DNA of 64,000 bases from an uncultured Desulfatibacillum sp. (GTDB taxonomy: Bacteria > Desulfobacterota > Desulfobacteria > Desulfobacterales > SpSt-501), in the NCBI GenBank assembly GCA_964573635.1, contig CAZNKG010000009.1, positions 20,656 to 84,655 of the forward strand, read 5' to 3'. Both the position numbers and the translations under genes were made by a program. This document shows, piece after piece, positions 1 through 8,209 of the stretch. A model generated the notes under the pieces. It had not been told where the DNA came from. It worked only from the letters and a program-made list of their open reading frames with translations, and did not search any database. Every line of letters begins with the position of its first letter. Positions within the stretch are counted from its first letter, which is position 1.

Positions 1-1
1 A

Positions 2-1060
2 TCCAACATCATCCTGGTGCGCTTCAAACACGAGGATCCCGTCATGGCGGCTGCGGCGGTCAATCGCCTGGCCGAGTCCTACCTGGAGCTGCACGTCGAG
101 GTGCACCGGAGGAATCACTCCACCGAATTCTTCGGGCAGCAATCGGAATTCCTTCAATCGAAGATCGCCAAAACCGAGCAGACGATCATGGACTTGAAAA
201 AGACAACCAACATCACCTCGCTCAAGGATCAACAGTCCCAACTCCTGCGGCAGCACGGTGATCTGCGCAGCGATCTGAACCAGTCGCTCAGCCAGGAGGT
301 CCAGATCGGCCGCCGCATCCGGGAGCTCCGGCAGCAGCTGGCCGCGACTCCGGCCACCATTCCGCAGCGGGTCGAGGAGGAGGTCAACAACCAACTGATC
401 AACACGCTGCAGGGGCGGCTGGTGGAACTCGAACTGCGCGAAAAGGACCTTCTCAACAAGTATAAAGAAGACAGCCGGCTGGTGGTCAACGTCCGCGAGG
501 AGATCGCGGTGGTTCGCCAAAAGCTCGCCGACCAGGAGAAAAGGCTCTACGGACGCAGCATGACGGGCATCAATCCGGCCTATCAGCGCATCCAGGAGGA
601 CCTGCTGAAGAGCGAAACCGACCTGCGGGCAGTCCAGGCGAAGATCAGCAAGTTGAAGGAGCAGCTCGAGGACTACCAACGGGAGCTCGATAAGATTTCG
701 CCGGTTGAGATGGAACTGGACCGATTGGCGCAGCAGCTCGAGGTCGAACGCAACAACTACCGTCTCTATCTTTCGAAATTCGAGGAATCCCGCATATCCT
801 CGGCCATGGATTCCGAGAAAATCACCAACGTCAGCCTGGTGGAGCGGGCCCAACCGGCCCTCAGACCCAGCTCGCCGAGCAAGCTGTTGCTGTTTGCCGC
901 CGGCACCATCATGTCTCTGCTGGCCAGCATCGGTCTGGCGGTGTTCATCGATTGCGTGAGCGACCATGTCGAGAGGCCCGAAGATTTGGAGCGGATCTTG
1001 GATGTTCCGGTGCTGACCTCCATCCCGGATTTCCAACGCCCGCTGGACCCAACCGGATGA
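2..1060 (+). CDS. Polysaccharide co-polymerase / chain-length determinant (Wzz/GumC-like; kinase-less PCP-2b type), 5' end cut by window edge
   Basis: Frame is open back to base 2 (SNIILVRFKHEDP..). Long Q/E/L/R-rich coiled-coil segment typical of PCP periplasmic domains. C-terminal TM helix LLLFAAGTIMSLLASIGLAVFI. A separate kinase-like gene follows. Confidence 0.8.
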   Translation, partial: SNIILVRFKHEDPVMAAAAVNRLAESYLELHVEVHRRNHSTEFFGQQSEFLQSKIAKTEQTIMDLKKTTNITSLKDQQSQLLRQHGDLRSDLNQSLSQEVQIGRRIRELRQQLAATPATIPQRVEEEVNNQLINTLQGRLVELELREKDLLNKYKEDSRLVVNVREEIAVVRQKLADQEKRLYGRSMTGINPAYQRIQEDLLKSETDLRAVQAKISKLKEQLEDYQRELDKISPVEMELDRLAQQLEVERNNYRLYLSKFEESRISSAMDSEKITNVSLVERAQPALRPSSPSKLLLFAAGTIMSLLASIGLAVFIDCVSDHVERPEDLERILDVPVLTSIPDFQRPLDPTG

Positions 1061-1202
1061 AAGGTCAGGCGGAAGCCTATCGGCGTGATGCACCCCATCG
1101 GTCACACGCCCGATTGTCGGCTGAGATGGAAGAAGGCCTCGACGGGGAGGGAGCTTCTTCCGGGAAGAGCGAGTCCGGGTAGTCCGGGAGAAGGGTGGGG
1201 TG

Positions 1203-1952
1203 ATGGCGAAACGCAGGAAGCATGGCGAGCCGGCCGGAGACGAGGCACAGTCTATCTTTTTCCAGCCGGTGCCGTATTCAGAAAAAGCCCTCCAACCCTA
1301 TGTCCAAAATTTCAACCTGCCGCGCCTGGCGGCGGAGTGGTGCCAGGAGCTGCGCTCCCGCCTGTTGCTGCTATCCAATGAGAAAATAATCAAAACGATT
1401 GTGTTCACCGGCGCCTGCCCGGGATGCGGCAACACCACCAGCGTCGCCTGGTTCGCACTTTATCTGGCCAGTATTTTGAAAAAGAAGGTCTTGCTGCTGG
1501 ATTTGAACTTGAGGTCGCCGGGGTTGCATCGGTTTTTCAACCACCCGGGCGTGCGTGGGCTGCGGGATGCGATCGATCGGGAGAAAACCCCGCCGCTCGA
1601 ATTCCTCAACACGTTGCAAGGAAACCTGTGCCTGGTGACCTGCAACGATCATGGAGACAACGAGACACCGGCCATCCTGCATTCCGAAGAGTTCAACGCG
1701 TTTCTGTCGAAATGCCGAGAGGAATACGATTATGTGCTGATCGACTCGGCGCCGGTAGTGACCAACGCCGAAACGCGCTTGATCAGCAGCTTCGTCGACG
1801 GGGTGGTTCTGCTGGTGGAATCGGAGCGCAGCCGCAGCGAGGTCGTCCGGCGCGCCAAGACGGAGATCGAGCGCAGCGGCGCGAGCTTTCTGGGAGCGAT
1901 CCTCAACCGGCGCAAGTTCCACATCCCCGGTTGGCTCTACAAGCGGCTATGA
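1203..1952 (+). CDS. CpsD/CapB-type BY-kinase-like P-loop protein with degenerate Walker A (probable pseudokinase)
   Basis: IVFTGACPGCGNTTSVA at the Walker A position (Lys replaced by Asn). VLLLDLNLRSP (Walker A'). YVLIDSAPV (Walker B). No C-terminal Tyr cluster. ATG 1203 preferred over GTG 1200. Confidence 0.75.
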   Translation: MAKRRKHGEPAGDEAQSIFFQPVPYSEKALQPYVQNFNLPRLAAEWCQELRSRLLLLSNEKIIKTIVFTGACPGCGNTTSVAWFALYLASILKKKVLLLDLNLRSPGLHRFFNHPGVRGLRDAIDREKTPPLEFLNTLQGNLCLVTCNDHGDNETPAILHSEEFNAFLSKCREEYDYVLIDSAPVVTNAETRLISSFVDGVVLLVESERSRSEVVRRAKTEIERSGASFLGAILNRRKFHIPGWLYKRL

Positions 1953-2043
1953 AACGACCGGCGGAGCCGATGCCAGACCGAAGGCATGCGGGTGGGGTGA
2001 GGAAGGAACAGCGGCAACACGATCATAATTGGAGGGGGGAGCC

Positions 2044-2784
2044 ATGAGAGCGAAAGCGATGTTGTGCCTCCTGTTGCTGGGGCTGATCGCTGTCCTGAAT
2101 GGATGCGCGCATTCGCCGGCGGGCGCACCGGCGGCCGCCGGGCCGGCAGCGGCAGCGGCCCCGACCGCTTCGATTGGAGGGGGCTTGCCTCCCTACCGGA
2201 TTCAACCGGGTGATGCCCTGGAAGTGAAGTTCTTTTATAATCCGGAGCTTAATGAGTCGGTGACCGTCCGACCGGACGGCCTCATTTCGCTGCAATTGGT
2301 CGACGAAGTCCTGGCAGCCGGCCTGCAGCCCGCCGAATTGGATGCGCTGCTAACCGAGAAATACGCGCGGGAGCTGAAGAAACCGGTCGTCACGGTGATC
2401 GTCCGATCGTTCGGCGGTCAGCGCGTATACGTCGGCGGAGAGGTGGCGCAGCAGGGGCTCATTACCATGGCCGCCGGAATGACGCCGCTTCAGGCGATCA
2501 TGCAGTCCGGGGGGTTCAAGGTGACGGCTCAGCCGAGCGAGACCATCATCATCCGCAAAGGGGCGGACCGGCGGCCGGTTCCATTCCGGATCGATCTCAA
2601 CGCGCAGCTCGAAGGCGGCACCCCGGCGGAGGAGTTCAGGCTGCAGCCCGATGACATCGTCTTCGTGCCCAAGTCGACGATCGCCAAGCTCAACCAGTTC
2701 GTGAACCAATACGTCGAACAGCTGTTCCTATTCCGCGGGATCAGTTTGGGGTTTGGATATCAGTTGAACAACAACGACGACTAA
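2044..2784 (+). CDS. Polysaccharide export outer-membrane lipoprotein (Wza-like; Poly_export + SLBB)
   Basis: Lipoprotein signal LLLLGLIAVLNGC. YRIQPGDALEVKFFYNPELNESVTVRPDGLISLQLV and VYVGGEVAQQG motifs. GGAGGGGGGAG Shine-Dalgarno sequence before ATG 2044. Confidence 0.85.
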   Translation: MRAKAMLCLLLLGLIAVLNGCAHSPAGAPAAAGPAAAAAPTASIGGGLPPYRIQPGDALEVKFFYNPELNESVTVRPDGLISLQLVDEVLAAGLQPAELDALLTEKYARELKKPVVTVIVRSFGGQRVYVGGEVAQQGLITMAAGMTPLQAIMQSGGFKVTAQPSETIIIRKGADRRPVPFRIDLNAQLEGGTPAEEFRLQPDDIVFVPKSTIAKLNQFVNQYVEQLFLFRGISLGFGYQLNNNDD

Positions 2785-2860
2785 GCGGACAACTATCGTT
2801 TCGCTATCGGCACATCGATAGAAGAGCGGGGCGACCGGACGGGGGAAAGGAATTCAGGGA

Positions 2861-3277
2861 ATGTCATTTCTCCACGCCTTGCAGAATTACCTGAATGGCG
2901 CGAGAGGAGCGGGGCTGGAATCGGCGGCGCCGGTCGTTGCCCCGAGCGAATTCCGGCGGTTGATCCTCAAAGAGCGTGACCGCGCGGGGCGCAATGACAA
3001 GGTTTTCTCTCTGGTGCTCGTTGAAGCCCGGTCCTCCAATCACCGGCCGACGAGAAACCATCGCCTCGCACAAATTCTTGCCAGGCAGTTGCGCAACCTC
3101 GACGCCATCGGTTGGTTCGACGAAACCCGACTGGGAATTTTGCTGCCCTACACCCCGCGCGACGGCGCTCATCAGGTGCTGGAGCGCATCCGGGAGGCGC
3201 TCAAGGATGTCGGCGGGATTCACTGCGAGATCTATACCTATCCCGACCAGAGGCTTTTCGAAATGGGAGGAGAATAG
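2861..3277 (+). CDS. Degenerate GGDEF-like domain protein (GGDEF replaced, RxxD I-site-like motif retained)
   Basis: VFSLVLVEA...RQLRNLDAIGWFDETRLGILLPYTPRDGAHQVLERIREAL aligns by eye to the GGDEF fold. RNLD sits at the I-site position, DETRL replaces GGDEF, and the metal/substrate-binding segment is deleted. The stop lies 4 nt before the priming transferase. Confidence 0.6.
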   Translation: MSFLHALQNYLNGARGAGLESAAPVVAPSEFRRLILKERDRAGRNDKVFSLVLVEARSSNHRPTRNHRLAQILARQLRNLDAIGWFDETRLGILLPYTPRDGAHQVLERIREALKDVGGIHCEIYTYPDQRLFEMGGE

Positions 3278-3280
3278 TCC

Positions 3281-4063
3281 ATGGAGAGCCAGCCGTTTTG
3301 CGCGGGCGGTAGGTCACCGACGACGGCCTGGGTCGACGAAGGCAGCGGCAGCGGTCAAGCGCTGCTCGCGGTGCTCTCTCGGAAGAGCATCTCGCCTTTC
3401 TTCACTTCAAGGCTCCCGCTGTGGAAGCGAACGACCGACATTACGCTTTCGTGCATCCTGCTATTGATCCTCTGGCCGCTGTTTTTGATGATAGCCGCCG
3501 GCATCAAGCTCTCCTCTCCGGGTCCGGTGTTCTATCGGCAACAGCGCGTCGGCAACGGCGGCCAGCTCTTCGAATTGATCAAATTCCGCACCATGTCGGC
3601 CGGGTGCGATCCAACCCGCCACCGGCAATATTGGCATGCTTTGATCGACCGGGATGGGTCGGCCGGCGCCGAAGGTGCCACCATGAAGAAACTCGATGAC
3701 GGGAACCCGGACATTTTTCCTTTTGGACGGATTTTGCGCCGATCGAGCCTCGATGAGCTGCCGCAGCTTATCAATGTGCTGCGGGGTGAGATGAGCCTCG
3801 TTGGACCGCGGCCGCCGATACCCTACGAGGCGGCGGCCTACGGCGGATGGCATAACGGTCGCTTCGACGCTGTGCCGGGCATGACCGGGCTTTGGCAAGT
3901 GAGCGGCAGAAACCGTCTCACGTTTGCCGACATGGTGCGCCTTGATATCCGCTACGCACGGCACTTGAGCCCCATGCTGGACATCAAAATCCTGCTGCGG
4001 ACGCCGATGGCCGTGATGCGTGATTTCCAGCGCGCCGCATCGACCGGCGAGCCAGCCAGATGA
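3281..4063 (+). CDS. Undecaprenyl-phosphate sugar-phosphate transferase (bacterial sugar transferase family, priming enzyme)
   Basis: TM helix ILLLILWPLFLMIAAGI. SPGPVFYRQQRVGNGGQLFELIKFRTM. DELPQLINVLRGEMSLVGPRPP. Confidence 0.9.
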   Translation: MESQPFCAGGRSPTTAWVDEGSGSGQALLAVLSRKSISPFFTSRLPLWKRTTDITLSCILLLILWPLFLMIAAGIKLSSPGPVFYRQQRVGNGGQLFELIKFRTMSAGCDPTRHRQYWHALIDRDGSAGAEGATMKKLDDGNPDIFPFGRILRRSSLDELPQLINVLRGEMSLVGPRPPIPYEAAAYGGWHNGRFDAVPGMTGLWQVSGRNRLTFADMVRLDIRYARHLSPMLDIKILLRTPMAVMRDFQRAASTGEPAR

Positions 4064-4076
4064 CGGAGGCAACGAC

Positions 4077-5144
4077 GTGACGGCGGCGCCTGTCAACGTT
4101 GCGGTCGTCGGATGCGGATACTGGGGGCCGAACCTGGTCCGCAATTTCCTGTCTCTCTCCGATTGCCGCGTTCTGCAAGCCTGCGACTGTTGCCCGGAGC
4201 GGCTGCAGCACATGCAGGGATTGTATCCCCAGGTGCAGGCGACCATCTGCTTCGATGATGTGGTTCGCGACGAACGGGTCGATGCGGTGGCTATCGCGAC
4301 GCCGGTTCGCTGGCACTTCGAGATGGCCAAGCGGTGCTTGGAGGCCGGCAAGCATGTTTTCATCGAGAAGCCCATGGCCGCTTCGGTCGCCGAATGCCGG
4401 ATGCTTCTGAAGATCGCTGAGGCGCGGCAGCGAGTGATCTTCGTCGGCCACACGTTCATTTATTCTCCCGCCGTGCGCCGGATCCGAGAAATCATCCAGG
4501 CCGGCGAGCTCGGCGAAATCCAGTACATCAGCGCCCGGCGGCTTAACCTCGGGCTCTTCCAAAAAGACATCAACGTGGCCTGGGATCTCGCGCCCCACGA
4601 CATCTCGATCATTCTGTATGCGCTGAAGAAGCGGCCGGTCGCGGTGAACTGCCAGGGCAAGGCGCATGTGCACCCGCAGATCGAGGATGTGACCAGCATG
4701 ACGCTGCATTTCGATAACGGCGGGCTCGCAACGATCCAAAGCAGTTGGCTGGACCCCAACAAGGTGCGTGACATGACCTTCGTCGGGAGCCGCAAGATGC
4801 TGCTCTACAACGACCTGGAGCCAAACGAGAAGATCAAGATCTACGACAAGCGCGTCGAGCGCCCGCCGCATTACGACACTTTCGCTGAATTCCACTTTTC
4901 ATATCACTACGGAGATATGTACTCGCCTTACTTGCGGCAATACGAACCGCTGCGCATGCAGTGTCAGCATTTTCTCGATTGTCTGCGGACGGGTGAGACG
5001 CCGGAAACGAGCGGCTACGACGGCCTGCAGGTGGTTGAAATCCTCGAGGCGGCTACCTGCTCGCTGCGTCAAAAAGGGGCTGAAGTCGATCTCGGTCGTG
5101 GGGCTGCCGGCGGCGATGCCACGACGTTTCAGGCAGATGGATGA
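4077..5144 (+). CDS. Gfo/Idh/MocA-family sugar-nucleotide oxidoreductase
   Basis: Rossmann N-terminus VNVAVVGCGYWGPNLVRNF and EKPMA motif. GTG 4077 has a GGAGG 8 nt upstream. The ORF-track start at 4020 would overlap the previous gene. Confidence 0.8.
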   Translation: MTAAPVNVAVVGCGYWGPNLVRNFLSLSDCRVLQACDCCPERLQHMQGLYPQVQATICFDDVVRDERVDAVAIATPVRWHFEMAKRCLEAGKHVFIEKPMAASVAECRMLLKIAEARQRVIFVGHTFIYSPAVRRIREIIQAGELGEIQYISARRLNLGLFQKDINVAWDLAPHDISIILYALKKRPVAVNCQGKAHVHPQIEDVTSMTLHFDNGGLATIQSSWLDPNKVRDMTFVGSRKMLLYNDLEPNEKIKIYDKRVERPPHYDTFAEFHFSYHYGDMYSPYLRQYEPLRMQCQHFLDCLRTGETPETSGYDGLQVVEILEAATCSLRQKGAEVDLGRGAAGGDATTFQADG

Positions 5145-5650
5145 ATACCGAGGCGTCTGCGGATCCGACGCGCCGCATCGCCGCCGATGTGACCCTCGGC
5201 GAAGGCGTGCGGATCTTTAGCTTCGTCAACCTGTATGGCTGCACGGTCGGCGCCCACTCCCAGATCGGCGCCTTCGTGGAGATCCAGAAAGGTGCGGTCA
5301 TCGGCCGGCGCTGCAAAATTTCGAGCCACTCATTCATCTGCGAAGGCGTAACCGTCGAAGATGAGGTGTTCATCGGCCACAACGTGACCTTCACGAACGA
5401 CCGGTACCCGCGGGCCACAACCGCTGCTGGTTGCATGCAGTCGGCGCAGGACTGGACGTGCATCAAGACGAGGGTGCGAAGGGGGGCCTCGATCGGCTCC
5501 GGGGCGACCATTCTGTGCGGGGTCACCATCGGTGAACAGGCCATTGTCGGGGCGGGCAGTGTCGTCGTTCGCGATGTACCGGCGCACGGCGTCGTCGCCG
5601 GAAATCCGGCCCGCATCCTCCGAGTGCTGGAAGCTCGAGGCCGGCCATGA
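5141..5650 (+). CDS. Left-handed beta-helix (hexapeptide repeat) sugar N-acetyltransferase
   Basis: Hexapeptide repeats. FIGHNVTFTNDRYPRA ... GASIGSGATILCGVTIGEQAIVGAGSVVVRDVPAHGVVAGNPARI. ATGA overlap with the oxidoreductase. Confidence 0.8.
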   Translation: MNTEASADPTRRIAADVTLGEGVRIFSFVNLYGCTVGAHSQIGAFVEIQKGAVIGRRCKISSHSFICEGVTVEDEVFIGHNVTFTNDRYPRATTAAGCMQSAQDWTCIKTRVRRGASIGSGATILCGVTIGEQAIVGAGSVVVRDVPAHGVVAGNPARILRVLEARGRP

Positions 5651-5789
5651 ATGCGCCCCATCTCGGTCTCGGAGGCGCGGAAGCCGCTCGTTATCGGAGT
5701 TAATCGACCGGGCGATCGGTCGGCGGATCGATCCATGCGCCTTTGCCGAACGCCGTCTTTACCCCTCTGCGGGGCGTCGCCCCGGTGCA

Positions 5790-5888
5790 CGCTTCGGCCG
5801 AACGGCCGACCATGATGCGGTGAAGGACACGGTCCGGCGCCAAGGACCGGGAAGGTTCGAAGACGCTTCGCAGATCCATGGCGCCGGC
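5790..5888 (+). pseudogene. Possible short remnant of a DegT/DnrJ/EryC1/StrS-type sugar aminotransferase
   Basis: RFGRTADHDAVKDTVRRQGPGRFEDASQIHGAG resembles the conserved H-x-x-G-x-x-x-D-M-D-x-I ... I-E-D-A-A-Q-A-H-G-A block. It lies in a 350-nt gap with no supported CDS, directly after the oxidoreductase/acetyltransferase pair. Confidence 0.25.
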
Positions 5889-6000
5889 CAGCAGAGGCGG
5901 CGGAGCGGCCGGTGCGAGCGTTTGCGCCTGCCGAGGCCCGGTGTTCTAGCAAAAGCCAGCGCCCCAGGACGGCCTGGGGGCAAAGACAGATTCGTGCAAT

Positions 6001-7299
6001 ATGGCGCAGTCATTGATCAATTATGCCGCGGAGGAGGCCCATGCCGATGCCATTTCACGGCATCTGGCGAAGACCGCGGTCGTCGCGTATTTGTTCTTCG
6101 CATTTTTCGGTACGGCCATTCCCTTTCAGACAGCGGTCACCTCGATTGAGGAGATCGCCACCGTCAACCCGTTCAACCAGTTTCTATACGCCACGCTGTA
6201 TTGCCTGGCGGGGATGAGCCTGATCCATCGCCGATCCGAAATATGGGGCTACATCCTGAAGGAGAAAATGCTTTTCATTTTCGCATCCTGGTGCGCGCTG
6301 ACGCTCTTGTGGTCGAGCTATCCGCTGGTTTCCTTCAAGCGCTGGCTGCAATTGGGCGGGGCTTATCTCATTCTCATGTCCGCCATGCTTCACCTGGATT
6401 TCGGCAGGCACATGCTGAAATGCATGCAGCGGCTGTCCGCCATCTACCTCATCGTCAATCTGGCGGCGGTCGTTTTCGTGAGCGGCGCGCGGCATGAGGA
6501 GGGCATTTGGCGGGGGGTCGCAACTCACAAAAACATTTTGGGTCAAAGCAGCCTGATCTGCCTGATCTACTGGACCTATGCGCTCCTGACCGGCACGTCA
6601 CGTGAAAGAGCGGTGGCGTCCGTTTTCTGCTTTCTCGCATTCATTTTACTGGCGGGATCGCACAGCGCCACCCCGACGCTGACCTACGCCATGTTGGGCG
6701 GCGCCCTGATGCTTTTTCAGATCCATCGCCAGCTCTTCTCACCGAAAATCGGTGCGATCTCCTCGCTGGTGATCCTGGCCGCTCTGGTGGTGACCCCCGC
6801 GGTTATCCTGGTCGTTAACCAGGAGTGGCTCCGCATGCTCCTGGAGCTGATGGGGCGGGATATCACCCTCACCGAGCGGGTCGATCTTTGGGAGAGCATC
6901 ATGGAGCATGCCCGGCAGCATCTGATTGTCGGCTGCGGGTTCGGTGGTTATTGGGTCACGTCAAGCCAAACAATGGAGGCGCTTTATAAGGAGTTTGTCT
7001 GGTTCCCCAACCAGGCCCACAACGGCTACCTGGATATCCTCAACGAGACGGGGTTGATCGGCCTCGTGCTTTTCCTCGCCTTGATCCAGCGCGCCTTCAG
7101 CCGTCTGAAATCCAAGCCGGCCGCTTTTTTCTGGAGATGGGTTTTTCTGGCGGTAATCGTTTTGAATCTCACCGAGTCGACTTTCATCCGGGCGAACGAA
7201 CTGTCGGCGGCCTGGTTCATGTTCAGCTACCTGGCGTCGATACACACGGCGGATGGCCCGGAGGCGACCACGCGCTATGCCGGAACCTCCCCGCGATAA
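6001..7299 (+). CDS. O-antigen ligase/polymerase-like membrane protein (Wzy_C domain)
   Basis: About 10 or more hydrophobic segments. FPNQAHNGYLDILNETGLIGLVLFLALI matches the Wzy_C loop motif. Confidence 0.8.
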   Translation: MAQSLINYAAEEAHADAISRHLAKTAVVAYLFFAFFGTAIPFQTAVTSIEEIATVNPFNQFLYATLYCLAGMSLIHRRSEIWGYILKEKMLFIFASWCALTLLWSSYPLVSFKRWLQLGGAYLILMSAMLHLDFGRHMLKCMQRLSAIYLIVNLAAVVFVSGARHEEGIWRGVATHKNILGQSSLICLIYWTYALLTGTSRERAVASVFCFLAFILLAGSHSATPTLTYAMLGGALMLFQIHRQLFSPKIGAISSLVILAALVVTPAVILVVNQEWLRMLLELMGRDITLTERVDLWESIMEHARQHLIVGCGFGGYWVTSSQTMEALYKEFVWFPNQAHNGYLDILNETGLIGLVLFLALIQRAFSRLKSKPAAFFWRWVFLAVIVLNLTESTFIRANELSAAWFMFSYLASIHTADGPEATTRYAGTSPR

Positions 7300-8209
7300 G
7301 GTGGCGATCGCCATAGCGACCTGCGGCCGGCCGCGGTCGCTGGGCTTCCTTTTGGAAAGCCTTTCCCGGCTTCGGTTCATCCGCAATCCTCGGACGGAAG
7401 TCCGGATTATCGTGGTGGACAACCACCCGCAGGAGGAGGGCCGCGACATCGTGGCGGCCTGGGAAGGCCGGTTGCCTTTTCCGATCACCTACCAGGTCGA
7501 GCGACGTCGCGGTATCGCCACGGCCCGGAACCGGCTGGTCCAGTTGGCGGCCGCCTGCGATTTTATCGCCTTCATCGACGACGACGAAACGGCCAGCGCG
7601 GATTGGTTGGACGAGCTCTTGGAGGCGCGCAAGCAATTCAACGCCGATATCGTCCAGGGGGCCACCCACAGCCGCTATGAGGATCCACCCGCGTGGCTCC
7701 TGGACGGCCGCTTTTTCGAAATGCGGCGCTACCCCCACGGGCAGGAGCTCGACGAGGCCTACACCTTCAATGTGTTGGTTTCCACCAAGGCGCTGATGGC
7801 GATCGCCGGTCCTTTCGACGAACGCTTCAACCTTAGCGGCGGCGAGGACATTTTCCTGTTTCGCCAGCTTCGTCGCCGGGGTGCTCGAATAGTTTACAGC
7901 GCGCGCGCGCTGACCGAGGAGATCCGGCCGCGAAGCCGCACGACGTTGGGCTGGTATTGCCGCCGAGCCTACCGGATCGGCAATACCAACGTCTTGGTTG
8001 ATCGGCATTTCCGCAACGCCTTCGCGTGGCTGTGCAAGTGGATCGGATATGCCCTCGGGCGGTTCGGGCAGGGTTCCCTGTTGCTGATCCGTGGGATAGT
8101 GGCCGGCCGCGCGACCACCGTGCGCGCGCTATTGTCGTTTTGTCTGGGGGCCGGGAACATCTCCGGGCTGTTGAACCTTAAGTATTATGAGTACCGTAGG
8201 CTTTACTGA
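7253..8209 (+). CDS. Glycosyltransferase family 2
   Basis: VAIAIATCGRPRSL ... IIVVDNHP ... FIDDDE (DxD) ... GGEDIFLF. The start is uncertain (7253 or 7277). Confidence 0.85.
   Translation: MARRRPRAMPEPPRDKVAIAIATCGRPRSLGFLLESLSRLRFIRNPRTEVRIIVVDNHPQEEGRDIVAAWEGRLPFPITYQVERRRGIATARNRLVQLAAACDFIAFIDDDETASADWLDELLEARKQFNADIVQGATHSRYEDPPAWLLDGRFFEMRRYPHGQELDEAYTFNVLVSTKALMAIAGPFDERFNLSGGEDIFLFRQLRRRGARIVYSARALTEEIRPRSRTTLGWYCRRAYRIGNTNVLVDRHFRNAFAWLCKWIGYALGRFGQGSLLLIRGIVAGRATTVRALLSFCLGAGNISGLLNLKYYEYRRLY

Noticed and set aside
5053-5952. 299-aa minus-strand ORF and ORF 5532..6149 (plus, 205 aa) as real genes filling the 5650-6000 gap.
   Set aside because: Both overlap the acetyltransferase and/or Wzy_C genes and are Arg/Gly/Pro-rich. 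Only a short aminotransferase-like stretch in the plus frame looks meaningful, and it is reported as a possible relic.
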